64,000 nucleotides of DNA from the human T2T-CHM13v2.0 reference genome, Homo sapiens, in the NCBI RefSeq assembly GCF_009914755.1, contig NC_060941.1. One strand, 5' to 3'. A model generated the notes under the pieces. That model was not told the DNA's origin. It did no database searches and saw nothing but the letters and a program-made list of their open reading frames with translations. The first letter of the stretch is position 1. Every line of letters begins with the position of its first letter. Positions 11,301-26,300 of the stretch are shown here, in pieces. The translations under genes were made by a program, and so were the position numbers.

Positions 11301-14300
11301 ACGGGATAAACTGCACAGAACTAAACAGAAGCATTCTCAGAACCTTCTTCGTGATGTCTGCATTCAACTCACAGTGTGGAACCTTTCTTTGATAGTTCAG
11401 GTTTGAAACACTCTTTTTGTAGAAACTGCAAGGGGATAATTGCACTCTTTGAGGAGTACCGTAGTAAAGGAAATAACTTCCTATAAAAAGAAGACAGAAG
11501 CTTTCTCAGAAAATTCTTTGGGATGATTGAGTTGAACTCACAGAGCTGAGCATTCCTTGCGATGTAGCAGTTTAGAAACACACTTTCTGCAGAATCTGCA
11601 AGTGCATATTTGGACCTCTGTGAGGAATTCGTTGGAAACGGGATAATTTCAGCTGACTAAACAGAAGCAGTCTCAGAATCTTCTTTGTGATGTTTGCATT
11701 CAAATCCCCGAGTTGAACTTTCCTTTCAAAGTTCACGTTTGAAACACTCTTTTTGCAGGATCTACAAGTGGATATTTGGACCACTCTGTGTCCTTCGTTC
11801 GAAACGGGTATATCTTCACATGACATCTAGACAGAAGCATCCTCAGAAGCTTCTCTGTGATGACTGCATTCAACTCACGGAGTTGAACACTCCTTTTGAG
11901 AGCGCAGTTTTGAAACTCTCTTTCTGTGGCATCTGCAAGGGGACACGTAGACCTCTTTGAAGATTTCGTTGGAAACGGAATCATCTTCACATAAAAACTA
12001 TACAGATGCATTCTCAGGAACTTTTTGGTGATGTTTGTATTCAACTCCCAGAGTTGAACTTTCCTTTGGAAAGAGCAGCTATGAAACACTCTTTTTCTAG
12101 AATCTGCAAGTGGACGTTTGGAGGGCTTTGTGGTTTGTGGTGGAAAAGGAAATATCTTCACCTAAATACTAGATAGAAGCATTCTCAGAAACTGCTTTGT
12201 GATGATTGCATTCACCTCACAGAGTTGAACATTCCTATTGATAGAGCAGTTTGGAAACACTCTTGTTGTGGAATGTGCAAGTGGAGATTTGGAGCGCTTT
12301 GAGGCCTATGGTAGTAAAGGGAATAGCTTCATAGAAAAACTAGACAGAAGCATTCTCAGAAAATACTTTGTGATGATTGAGTTTAACTCACAGAGCTGAA
12401 CATTCCTTTGGATGGAGCAGGTTTGAGACACACCTTTTGTAGAATCTACAAGTGGATATTTGGACCTCTCTGAGGATTTCGTTGGAAACGGGATAACTGC
12501 ACCTAACTAAACGGAAGCATTCTCAGAAACTTCTTGGTGATGTTTGCATTCAAATCCCAGAGTTGAACCTTCCTTTGATAGTTCAGGTTTGAAACACTCT
12601 TTTTGTAGGATCTGCAAGTGGATATTTGGACCACTCTGTGGCCTTCGTTCGAAACGGGTATATCTTCGCATAAAATCTAGACAGAAGCCTTCTCAGAAAC
12701 TTCTCTGTGATGATTGCATTCAACTCACAGAGTTGAACCCTCCTATGGATAGAGCAGTGTTGAAACTCTCTTTTTGTGGAATCTGCAAGTGGATATGTGG
12801 ACCTCTCCGAAGATGTCTTTGGAAACGGGAATATCTTCACATAAAAACTAAACAGAAGCATTCTCAGAAACTTCTCTGTGATGTTTGTGTTCAACTCCCA
12901 GAGTTTCACATTGCTTTTCATAGAGTAGTTCTGAAACATGCTTTTCGTAGTGTCTACAAGTGGACATTTGGAGCGCTTTCAGGCCTGTGGTGGAAAACGA
13001 ATTATGGTCACATAAAAACTGGAGAGAAGCATTGTCAGAAACTTCTTTGTGATGATTGCATTCAACTCACAGAGTTGAAGGTTCCTTTTCAAAGAGCAGT
13101 TTCCAATCACTCTTTGTGTGGAATCTGCAAGTGGATATTTGGACCTATTTTGAAGATTTCGTTGGAAACGGGAGAATCTTCACAGGAAAGCTAAACAGAA
13201 GCATTCTCAGAAACTTCTTTGTGATGCTTGCATTCAACTCACAGAGTTGAACTTTCCTTTCGAGAGAGAAGCTTTGAAACACTCTTTTTCCAGAATCTGC
13301 AAGTGGACATTTGGAGGGCTTTGAGGCCTGTGGTGGAAAAGGAATTATCTTCCCGTAAAAGCTAGATAGAAGCATTCTCAGAAACTACTTTGTGATGATT
13401 GCATTCAAGTCACAGAGTTGAACATTCCCTTTGACAGAGCAGTTTGGAAACTCTCTTTGTGTAGAATCTGCAAGTGGAGATATGGACCGCTTTGAGGCCT
13501 ATGGTAGTAAAGGAAATAGCTTCATATAAAAGCTAGACAGTAGCATTCACAGAAAACTCTTGGTGACGACTGAGTTTAACTCACAGAGCTGAACATTCCT
13601 TTGGATGGAGCAGTTTCGAAACACACTATTTGTAGAATGTGCAAGTGGATATTTAGGCCTCTCTGAGGATTTCGTTGGAAACGGGATAAACCGCACAGAA
13701 CTAAACAGAAGCATTCTCAGAACCTTCTTCGTGATGTTTGCATTCAACTCACAGTGTTGAACCTTTCTTTGATAGTTCAGGTTTGAAACGGTCTTTCTGT
13801 AGAAACTGCAAGTAGATATTTGGACCTCTCTGAGGATTTCGTTGGAAACGGGATAACCCGCACAGAACTAAAACAGAAGCATTCTCAGAACCCTCTTCGT
13901 GATGTTTGCATTCAACTCACAGTGCTGAACCTTTCTTTGATAGTTCAGCTTTGAAACACTCTTTTTGTAGAAACTGCAAGTGGATATTTGGTCCTCTCTG
14001 AGCATTTCGTTGGAAACGGGATAAACTGCACAGAACTAAACAGAAGCATTCTCAGAACCTTCTTCGTGATGTCTGCATTCAACTCACAGTGTGGAACCTT
14101 TCTTTGATAGTTCAGGTTTGAAACACTCTTTTTGTAGAAACTGCAAGGGGATAATTGCACTCTTTGAGGAGTACCGTAGTAAAGGAAATAACTTCCTATA
14201 AAAAGAAGACAGAAGCTTTCTCAGAAAATTCTTTGGGATGATTGAGTTGAACTCACAGAGCTGAGCATTCCTTGCGATGTAGCAGTTTAGAAACACACTT

Positions 14301-17300
14301 TCTGCAGAATCTGCAAGTGCATATTTGGACCTCTGTGAGGAATTCGTTGGAAACGGGATAATTTCAGCTGACTAAACAGAAGCAGTCTCAGAATCTTCTT
14401 TGTGATGTTTGCATTCAAATCCCCGAGTTGAACTTTCCTTTCAAAGTTCACGTTTGAAACACTCTTTTTGCAGGATCTACAAGTGGATATTTGGACCACT
14501 CTGTGTCCTTCGTTCGAAACGGGTATATCTTCACATGACATCTAGACAGAAGCATCCTCAGAAGCTTCTCTGTGATGACTGCATTCAACTCACGGAGTTG
14601 AACACTCCTTTTGAGAGCGCAGTTTTGAAACTCTCTTTCTGTGGCATCTGCAAGGGGACACGTAGACCTCTTTGAAGATTTCGTTGGAAACGGAATCATC
14701 TTCACATAAAAACTATACAGATGCATTCTCAGGAACTTTTTGGTGATGTTTGTATTCAACTCCCAGAGTTGAACTTTCCTTTGGAAAGAGCAGCTATGAA
14801 ACACTCTTTTTCTAGAATCTGCAAGTGGACGTTTGGAGGGCTTTGTGGTTTGTGGTGGAAAAGGAAATATCTTCACCTAAATACTAGATAGAAGCATTCT
14901 CAGAAACTGCTTTGTGATGATTGCATTCACCTCACAGAGTTGAACATTCCTATTGATAGAGCAGTTTGGAAACACTCTTGTTGTGGAATGTGCAAGTGGA
15001 GATTTGGAGCGCTTTGAGGCCTATGGTAGTAAAGGGAATAGCTTCATAGAAAAACTAGACAGAAGCATTCTCAGAAAATACTTTGTGATGATTGAGTTTA
15101 ACTCACAGAGCTGAACATTCCTTTGGATGGAGCAGGTTTGAGACACACCTTTTGTAGAATCTACAAGTGGATATTTGGACCTCTCTGAGGATTTCGTTGG
15201 AAACGGGATAACTGCACCTAACTAAACGGAAGCATTCTCAGAAACTTCTTGGTGATGTTTGCATTCAAATCCCAGAGTTGAACCTTCCTTTGATAGTTCA
15301 GGTTTGAAACACTCTTTTTGTAGGATCTGCAAGTGGATATTTGGACCACTCTGTGGCCTTCGTTCGAAACGGGTATATCTTCGCATAAAATCTAGACAGA
15401 AGCCTTCTCAGAAACTTCTCTGTGATGATTGCATTCAACTCACAGAGTTGAACCCTCCTATGGATAGAGCAGTGTTGAAACTCTCTTTTTGTGGAATCTG
15501 CAAGTGGATATGTGGACCTCTCCGAAGATGTCTTTGGAAACGGGAATATCTTCACATAAAAACTAAACAGAAGCATTCTCAGAAACTTCTCTGTGATGTT
15601 TGTGTTCAACTCCCAGAGTTTCACATTGCTTTTCATAGAGTAGTTCTGAAACATGCTTTTCGTAGTGTCTACAAGTGGACATTTGGAGCGCTTTCAGGCC
15701 TGTGGTGGAAAACGAATTATGGTCACATAAAAACTGGAGAGAAGCATTGTCAGAAACTTCTTTGTGATGATTGCATTCAACTCACAGAGTTGAAGGTTCC
15801 TTTTCAAAGAGCAGTTTCCAATCACTCTTTGTGTGGAATCTGCAAGTGGATATTTGGACCTATTTTGAAGATTTCGTTGGAAACGGGAGAATCTTCACAG
15901 GAAAGCTAAACAGAAGCATTCTCAGAAACTTCTTTGTGATGCTTGCATTCAACTCACAGAGTTGAACTTTCCTTTCGAGAGAGAAGCTTTGAAACACTCT
16001 TTTTCCAGAATCTGCAAGTGGACATTTGGAGGGCTTTGAGGCCTGTGGTGGAAAAGGAATTATCTTCCCGTAAAAGCTAGATAGAAGCATTCTCAGAAAC
16101 TACTTTGTGATGATTGCATTCAAGTCACAGAGTTGAACATTCCCTTTGACAGAGCAGTTTGGAAACTCTCTTTGTGTAGAATCTGCAAGTGGAGATATGG
16201 ACCGCTTTGAGGCCTATGGTAGTAAAGGAAATAGCTTCATATAAAAGCTAGACAGTAGCATTCACAGAAAACTCTTGGTGACGACTGAGTTTAACTCACA
16301 GAGCTGAACATTCCTTTGGATGGAGCAGTTTCGAAACACACTATTTGTAGAATGTGCAAGTGGATATTTAGGCCTCTCTGAGGATTTCGTTGGAAACGGG
16401 ATAAACCGCACAGAACTAAACAGAAGCATTCTCAGAACCTTCTTCGTGATGTTTGCATTCAACTCACAGTGTTGAACCTTTCTTTGATAGTTCAGGTTTG
16501 AAACGGTCTTTCTGTAGAAACTGCAAGTAGATATTTGGACCTCTCTGAGGATTTCGTTGGAAACGGGATAACCCGCACAGAACTAAAACAGAAGCATTCT
16601 CAGAACCCTCTTCGTGATGTTTGCATTCAACTCACAGTGCTGAACCTTTCTTTGATAGTTCAGCTTTGAAACACTCTTTTTGTAGAAACTGCAAGTGGAT
16701 ATTTGGTCCTCTCTGAGCATTTCGTTGGAAACGGGATAAACTGCACAGAACTAAACAGAAGCATTCTCAGAACCTTCTTCGTGATGTCTGCATTCAACTC
16801 ACAGTGTGGAACCTTTCTTTGATAGTTCAGGTTTGAAACACTCTTTTTGTAGAAACTGCAAGGGGATAATTGCACTCTTTGAGGAGTACCGTAGTAAAGG
16901 AAATAACTTCCTATAAAAAGAAGACAGAAGCTTTCTCAGAAAATTCTTTGGGATGATTGAGTTGAACTCACAGAGCTGAGCATTCCTTGCGATGTAGCAG
17001 TTTAGAAACACACTTTCTGCAGAATCTGCAAGTGCATATTTGGACCTCTGTGAGGAATTCGTTGGAAACGGGATAATTTCAGCTGACTAAACAGAAGCAG
17101 TCTCAGAATCTTCTTTGTGATGTTTGCATTCAAATCCCCGAGTTGAACTTTCCTTTCAAAGTTCACGTTTGAAACACTCTTTTTGCAGGATCTACAAGTG
17201 GATATTTGGACCACTCTGTGTCCTTCGTTCGAAACGGGTATATCTTCACATGACATCTAGACAGAAGCATCCTCAGAAGCTTCTCTGTGATGACTGCATT

Positions 17301-20300
17301 CAACTCACGGAGTTGAACACTCCTTTTGAGAGCGCAGTTTTGAAACTCTCTTTCTGTGGCATCTGCAAGGGGACATGTAGACCTCTTTGAAGATTTCGTT
17401 GGAAACGGAATCATCTTCACATAAAAACTATACAGATGCATTCTCAGGAACTTTTTGGTGATGTTTGTATTCAACTCCCAGAGTTGAACTTTCCTTTGGA
17501 AAGAGCAGCTATGAAACACTGTTTTTCTAGAATCTGCAAGTGGACGTTTGGAGGGCTTTGTGGTTTGTGGTGGAAAAGGAAATATCTTCACCTAAATACT
17601 AGATAGAAGCATTCTCAGAAACTGCTTTGTGATGATTGCATTCACCTCACAGAGTTGAACATTCCTATTGATAGAGCAGTTTGGAAACACTCTTGTTGTG
17701 GAATGTGCAAGTGGAGATTTGGAGCGCTTTGAGGCCTATGGTAGTAAAGGGAATAGCTTCATAGAAAAACTAGACAGAAGCATTCTCAGAAAATACTTTG
17801 TGATGATTGAGTTTAACTCACAGAGCTGAACATTCCTTTGGATGGAGCAGGTTTGAGACACACCTTTTGTAGAATCTACAAGTGGATATTTGGACCTCTC
17901 TGAGGATTTCGTTGGAAACGGGATAACTGCACCTAACTAAACGGAAGCATTCTCAGAAACTTCTTGGTGATGTTTGCATTCAAATCCCAGAGTTGAACCT
18001 TCCTTTGATAGTTCAGGTTTGAAACACTCTTTTTGTAGGATCTGCAAGTGGATATTTGGACCACTCTGTGGCCTTCGTTCGAAACGGGTATATCTTCGCA
18101 TAAAATCTAGACAGAAGCCTTCTCAGAAACTTCTCTGTGATGATTGCATTCAACTCACAGAGTTGAACCCTCCTATGGATAGAGCAGTGTTGAAACTCTC
18201 TTTTTGTGGAATCTGCAAGTGGATATGTGGACCTCTCCGAAGATGTCTTTGGAAACGGGAATATCTTCACATAAAAACTAAACAGAAGCATTCTCAGAAA
18301 CTTCTCTGTGATGTTTGTGTTCAACTCCCAGAGTTTCACATTGCTTTTCATAGAGTAGTTCTGAAACATGCTTTTCGTAGTGTCTACAAGTGGACATTTG
18401 GAGCGCTTTCAGGCCTGTGGTGGAAAACGAATTATGGTCACATAAAAACTGGAGAGAAGCATTGTCAGAAACTTCTTTGTGATGATTGCATTCAACTCAC
18501 AGAGTTGAAGGTTCCTTTTCAAAGAGCAGTTTCCAATCACTCTTTGTGTGGAATCTGCAAGTGGATATTTGGACCTATTTTGAAGATTTCGTTGGAAACG
18601 GGAGAATCTTCACAGGAAAGCTAAACAGAAGCATTCTCAGAAACTTCTTTGTGATGCTTGCATTCAACTCACAGAGTTGAACTTTCCTTTCGAGAGAGAA
18701 GCTTTGAAACACTCTTTTTCCAGAATCTGCAAGTGGACATTTGGAGGGCTTTGAGGCCTGTGGTGGAAAAGGAATTATCTTCCCGTAAAAGCTAGATAGA
18801 AGCATTCTCAGAAACTACTTTGTGATGATTGCATTCAAGTCACAGAGTTGAACATTCCCTTTGACAGAGCAGTTTGGAAACTCTCTTTGTGTAGAATCTG
18901 CAAGTGGAGATATGGACCGCTTTGAGGCCTATGGTAGTAAAGGAAATAGCTTCATATAAAAGCTAGACAGTAGCATTCACAGAAAACTCTTGGTGACGAC
19001 TGAGTTTAACTCACAGAGCTGAACATTCCTTTGGATGGAGCAGTTTCGAAACACACTATTTGTAGAATGTGCAAGTGGATATTTAGGCCTCTCTGAGGAT
19101 TTCGTTGGAAACGGGATAAACCGCACAGAACTAAACAGAAGCATTCTCAGAACCTTCTTCGTGATGTTTGCATTCAACTCACAGTGTTGAACCTTTCTTT
19201 GATAGTTCAGGTTTGAAACGGTCTTTCTGTAGAAACTGCAAGTAGATATTTGGACCTCTCTGAGGATTTCGTTGGAAACGGGATAACCCGCACAGAACTA
19301 AAACAGAAGCATTCTCAGAACCCTCTTCGTGATGTTTGCATTCAACTCACAGTGCTGAACCTTTCTTTGATAGTTCAGCTTTGAAACACTCTTTTTGTAG
19401 AAACTGCAAGTGGATATTTGGTCCTCTCTGAGCATTTCGTTGGAAACGGGATAAACTGCACAGAACTAAACAGAAGCATTCTCAGAACCTTCTTCGTGAT
19501 GTCTGCATTCAACTCACAGTGTGGAACCTTTCTTTGATAGTTCAGGTTTGAAACACTCTTTTTGTAGAAACTGCAAGGGGATAATTGCACTCTTTGAGGA
19601 GTACCGTAGTAAAGGAAATAACTTCCTATAAAAAGAAGACAGAAGCTTTCTCAGAAAATTCTTTGGGATGATTGAGTTGAACTCACAGAGCTGAGCATTC
19701 CTTGCGATGTAGCAGTTTAGAAACACACTTTCTGCAGAATCTGCAAGTGCATATTTGGACCTCTGTGAGGAATTCGTTGGAAACGGGATAATTTCAGCTG
19801 ACTAAACAGAAGCAGTCTCAGAATCTTCTTTGTGATGTTTGCATTCAAATCCCCGAGTTGAACTTTCCTTTCAAAGTTCACGTTTGAAACACTCTTTTTG
19901 CAGGATCTACAAGTGGATATTTGGACCACTCTGTGTCCTTCGTTCGAAACGGGTATATCTTCACATGACATCTAGACAGAAGCATCCTCAGAAGCTTCTC
20001 TGTGATGACTGCATTCAACTCACGGAGTTGAACACTCCTTTTGAGAGCGCAGTTTTGAAACTCTCTTTCTGTGGCATCTGCAAGGGGACATGTAGACCTC
20101 TTTGAAGATTTCGTTGGAAACGGAATCATCTTCACATAAAAACTACACAGATGCATTCTCAGGAACTTTTTGGTGATGTTTGTATTCAACTCCCAGAGTT
20201 GAACTTTCCTTTGGAAAGAGCAGCTATGAAACACTGTTTTTCTAGAATCTGCAAGTGGACGTTTGGAGGGCTTTGTGGTTTGTGGTGGAAAAGGAAATAT

Positions 20301-23300
20301 CTTCACCTAAATACTAGATAGAAGCATTCTCAGAAACTGCTTTGTGATGATTGCATTCACCTCACAGAGTTGAACATTCCTATTGATAGAGCAGTTTGGA
20401 AACACTCTTGTTGTGGAATGTGCAAGTGGAGATTTGGAGCGCTTTGAGGCCTATGGTAGTAAAGGGAATAGCTTCATAGAAAAACTAGACAGAAGCATTC
20501 TCAGAAAATACTTTGTGATGATTGAGTTTAACTCACAGAGCTGAACATTCCTTTGGATGGAGCAGGTTTGAGACACACTTTTTGTAGAATCTACAAGTGG
20601 ATATTTGGACCTCTCTGAGGATTTCGTTGGAAACGGGATAACTGCACCTAACTAAACGGAAGCATTCTCAGAAACTTCTTGGTGATGTTTGCATTCAAAT
20701 CCCAGAGTTGAACCTTCCTTTGATAGTTCAGGTTTGAAACACTCTTTTTGTAGGATCTGCAAGTGGATATTTGGACCACTCTGTGGCCTTCGTTCGAAAC
20801 GGGTATATCTTCGCATAAAATCTAGACAGAAGCCTTCTCAGAAACTTCTCTGTGATGATTGCATTCAACTCACAGAGTTGAACCCTCCTATGGATAGAGC
20901 AGTGTTGAAACTCTCTTTTTGTGGAATCTGCAAGTGGATATGTGGACCTCTCCGAAGATGTCTTTGGAAACGGGAATATCTTCACATAAAAACTAAACAG
21001 AAGCATTCTCAGAAACTTCTCTGTGATGTTTGTGTTCAACTCCCAGAGTTTCACATTGCTTTTCATAGAGTAGTTCTGAAACATGCTTTTCGTAGTGTCT
21101 ACAAGTGGACATTTGGAGCGCTTTCAGGCCTGTGGTGGAAAACGAATTATGGTCACATAAAAACTGGAGAGAAGCATTGTCAGAAACTTCTTTGTGATGA
21201 TTGCATTCAACTCACAGAGTTGAAGGTTCCTTTTCAAAGAGCAGTTTCCAATCACTCTTTGTGTGGAATCTGCAAGTGGATATTTGGACCTATTTTGAAG
21301 ATTTCGTTGGAAACGGGAGAATCTTCACAGGAAAGCTAAACAGAAGCATTCTCAGAAACTTCTTTGTGATGCTTGCATTCAACTCACAGAGTTGAACTTT
21401 CCTTTCGAGAGAGAAGCTTTGAAACACTCTTTTTCCAGAATCTGCAAGTGGACATTTGGAGGGCTTTGAGGCCTGTGGTGGAAAAGGAATTATCTTCCCG
21501 TTAAAGCTAGATAGAAGCATTCTCAGAAACTACTTTGTGATGATTGCATTCAAGTCACAGAGTTGAACATTCCCTTTGACAGAGCAGTTTGGAAACTCTC
21601 TTTGTGTAGAATCTGCAAGTGGAGATATGGACCGCTTTGAGGCCTATGGTAGTAAAGGAAATAGCTTCATATAAAAGCTAGACAGTAGCATTCACAGAAA
21701 ACTCTTGGTGACGACTGAGTTTAACTCACAGAGCTGAACATTCCTTTGGATGGAGCAGTTTCGAAACACACTATTTGTAGAATGTGCAAGTGGATATTTA
21801 GGCATCTCTGAGGATTTCGTTGGAAACGGGATAAACCGCACAGAACTAAACAGAAGCATTCTCAGAACCTTCTTCGTGATGTTTGCATTCAACTCACAGT
21901 GTTGAACCTTTCTTTGATAGTTCAGGTTTGAAACGGTCTTTCTGTAGAAACTGCAAGTAGATATTTGGACCTCTCTGAGGATTTCGTTGGAAACGGGATA
22001 ACCCGCACAGAACTAAAACAGAAGCATTCTCAGAACCCTCTTCGTGATGTTTGCATTCAACTCACAGTGCTGAACCTTTCTTTGATAGTTCAGCTTTGAA
22101 ACACTCTTTTTGTAGAAACTGCAAGTGGATATTTGGTCCTCTCTGAGCATTTCGTTGGAAACGGGATAAACTGCACAGAACTAAACAGAAGCATTGTCAG
22201 AACCTTCTTCGTGATGTCTGCATTCAACTCACAGTGTGGAACCTTTCTTTGATAGTTCAGGTTTGAAACACTCTTTTTGTAGAAACTGCAAGGGGATAAT
22301 TGCACTCTTTGAGGAGTACCGTAGTAAAGGAAATAACTTCCTATAAAAAGAAGACAGAAGCTTTCTCAGAAAATTCTTTGGGATGATTGAGTTGAACTCA
22401 CAGAGCTGAGCATTCCTTGCGATGTAGCAGTTTAGAAACACACTTTCTGCAGAATCTGCAAGTGCATATTTGGACCTCTGTGAGGAATTCGTTGGAAACG
22501 GGATAATTTCAGCTGACTAAACAGAAGCAGTCTCAGAATCTTCTTTGTGATGTTTGCATTCAAATCCCCGAGTTGAACTTTCCTTTCAAAGTTCACGTTT
22601 GAAACACTCTTTTTGCAGGATCTACAAGTGGATATTTGGACCACTCTGTGTCCTTCGTTCGAAACGGGTATATCTTCACATGACATCTAGACAGAAGCAT
22701 CCTCAGAAGCTTCTCTGTGATGACTGCATTCAACTCACGGAGTTGAACACTCCTTTTGAGAGCGCAGTTTTGAAACTCTCTTTCTGTGGCATCTGCAAGG
22801 GGACACGTAGACCTCTTTGAAGATTTCGTTGGAAACGGAATCATCTTCACATAAAAACTATACAGACGCATTCTCAGGAACTTTTTGGTGATGTTTGTAT
22901 TCAACTCCCAGAGTTGAACTTTCCTTTGGAAAGAGCAGCTATGAAACACTGTTTTTCTAGAATCTGCAAGTGGACGTTTGGAGGGCTTTGTGGTTTGTGG
23001 TGGAAAAGGAAATATCTTCACCTAAATACTAGATAGAAGCATTCTCAGAAACTGCTTTGTGATGATTGCATTCACCTCACAGAGTTGAACATTCCTATTG
23101 ATAGAGCAGTTTGGAAACACTCTTGTTGTGGAATGTGCAAGTGGAGATTTGGAGCGCTTTGAGGCCTATGGTAGTAAAGGGAATAGCTTCATAGAAAAAC
23201 TAGACAGAAGCATTCTCAGAAAATACTTTGTGATGATTGAGTTTAACTCACAGAGCTGAACATTCCTTTGGATGGAGGAGGTTTGAGACACACTTTTTGT

Positions 23301-26300
23301 AGAATCTACAAGTGGATATTTGGACCTCTCTGAGGATTTCGTTGGAAACGGGATAACTGCACCTAACTAAACGGAAGCATTCTCAGAAACTTCTTGGTGA
23401 TGTTTGCATTCAAATCCCAGAGTTGAACCTTCCTTTGATAGTTCAGGTTTGAAACACTCTTTTTGTAGGATCTGCAAGTGGATATTTGGACCACTCTGTG
23501 GCCTTCGTTCGAAACGGGTATATCTTCGCATAAAATCTAGACAGAAGCCTTCTCAGAAACTTCTCTGTGATGATTGCATTCAACTCACAGAGTTGAACCC
23601 TCCTATGGATAGAGCAGTGTTGAAACTCTCTTTTTGTGGAATCTGCAAGTGGATATGTGGACCTCTCCGAAGATGTCTTTGGAAACGGGAATATCTTCAC
23701 ATAAAAACTAAACAGAAGCATTCTCAGAAACTTCTCTGTGATGTTTGTGTTCAACTCCCAGAGTTTCACATTGCTTTTCATAGAGTAGTTCTGAAACATG
23801 CTTTTCGTAGTGTCTACAAGTGGACATTTGGAGCGCTTTCAGGCCTGTGGTGGAAAACGAATTATGGTCACATAAAAACTGGAGAGAAGCATTGTCAGAA
23901 AGTTCTTTGTGATGATTGCATTCAACTCACAGAGTTGAAGGTTCCTTTTCAAAGAGCAGTTTCCAATCACTCTTTGTGTGGAATCTGCAAGTGGATATTT
24001 GGACCTATTTTGAAGATTTCGTTGGAAACGGGAGAATCTTCACAGGAAAGCTAAACAGAAGCATTCTCAGAAACTTCTTTGTGATGCTTGCATTCAACTC
24101 ACAGAGTTGAACTTTCCTTTCGAGAGAGAAGCTTTGAAACACTCTTTTTCCAGAATCTGCAAGTGGACATTTGGAGGGCTTTGAGGCCTGTGGTGGAAAA
24201 GGAATTATCTTCCCGTAAAAGCTAGATAGAAGCATTCTCAGAAACTACTTTGTGATGATTGCATTCAAGTCACAGAGTTGAACATTCCCTTTGACAGAGC
24301 AGTTTGGAAACTCTCTTTGTGTAGAATCTGCAAGTGGAGATATGGACCGCTTTGAGGCCTATGGTAGTAAAGGAAATAGCTTCATATAAAAGCTAGACAG
24401 TAGCATTCACAGAAAACTCTTGGTGACGACTGAGTTTAACTCACAGAGCTGAACATTCCTTTGGATGGAGCAGTTTCGAAACACACTATTTGTAGAATGT
24501 GCAAGTGGATATTTAGGCCTCTCTGAGGATTTCGTTGGAAACGGGATAAACCGCACAGAACTAAACAGAAGCATTCTCAGAACCTTCTTCGTGATGTTTG
24601 CATTCAACTCACAGTGTTGAACCTTTCTTTGATAGTTCAGGTTTGAAACGGTCTTTCTGTAGAAACTGCAAGTAGATATTTGGACCTCTCTGAGGATTTC
24701 GTTGGAAACGGGATAACCCGCACAGAACTAAAACAGAAGCATTCTCAGAACCCTCTTCGTGATGTTTGCATTCAACTCACAGTGCTGAACCTTTCTTTGA
24801 TAGTTCAGCGTTGAAACACTCTTTTTGTAGAAACTGCAAGTGGATATTTGGTCCTCTCTGAGCATTTCGTTGGAAACGGGATAAACTGCACAGAACTAAA
24901 CAGAAGCATTCTCAGAACCTTCTTCGTGATGTCTGCATTCAACTCACAGTGTGGAACCTTTCTTTGATAGTTCAGGTTTGAAACACTCTTTTTGTAGAAA
25001 CTGCAAGGGGATAATTGCACTCTTTGAGGAGTACCGTAGTAAAGGAAATAACTTCCTATAAAAAGAAGACAGAAGCTTTCTCAGAAAATTCTTTGGGATG
25101 ATTGAGTTGAACTCACAGAGCTGAGCATTCCTTGCGATGTAGCAGTTTAGAAACACACTTTCTGCAGAATCTGCAAGTGCATATTTGGACCTCTGTGAGG
25201 AATTCGTTGGAAACGGGATAATTTCAGCTGACTAAACAGAAGCAGTCTCAGAATCTTCTTTGTGATGTTTGCATTCAAATCCCCGAGTTGAACTTTCCTT
25301 TCAAAGTTCACGTTTGAAACACTCTTTTTGCAGGATCTACAAGTGGATATTTGGACCACTCTGTGTCCTTCGTTCGAAACGGGTATATCTTCACATGACA
25401 TCTAGACAGAAGCATCCTCAGAAGCTTCTCTGTGATGACTGCATTCAACTCACGGAGTTGAACACTCCTTTTGAGAGCGCAGTTTTGAAACTCTCTTTCT
25501 GTGGCATCTGCAAGGGGACACGTAGACCTCTTTGAAGATTTCGTTGGAAACGGAATCATCTTCACATAAAAACTATACAGATGCATTCTCAGGAACTTTT
25601 TGGTGATGTTTGTATTCAACTCCCAGAGTTGAACTTTCCTTTGGAAAGAGCAGCTATGAAACACTCTTTTTCTAGAATCTGCAAGTGGACGTTTGGAGGG
25701 CTTTGTGGTTTGTGGTGGAAAAGGAAATATCTTCACCTAAATACTAGATAGAAGCATTCTCAGAAACTGCTTTGTGATGATTGCATTCACCTCACAGAGT
25801 TGAACATTCCTATTGATAGAGCAGTTTGGAAACACTCTTGTTGTGGAATGTGCAAGTGGAGATTTGGAGCGCTTTGAGGCCTATGGTAGTAAAGGGAATA
25901 GCTTCATAGAAAAACTAGACAGAAGCATTCTCAGAAAATACTTTGTGATGATTGAGTTTAACTCACAGAGCTGAACATTCCTTTGGATGGAGCAGGTTTG
26001 AGACACACTTTTTGTAGAATCTACAAGTGGATATTTGGACCTCTCTGAGGATTTCGTTGGAAACGGGATAACTGCACCTAACTAAACGGAAGCATTCTCA
26101 GAAACTTCTTGGTGATGTTTGCATTCAAATCCCAGAGTTGAACCTTCCTTTGATAGTTCAGGTTTGAAACACTCTTTTTGTAGGATCTGCAAGTGGATAT
26201 TTGGACCACTCTGTGGCCTTCGTTCGAAACGGGTAAATCTTCGCATAAAATCTAGACAGAAGCCTTCTCAGAAACTTCTCTGTGATGATTGCATTCAACT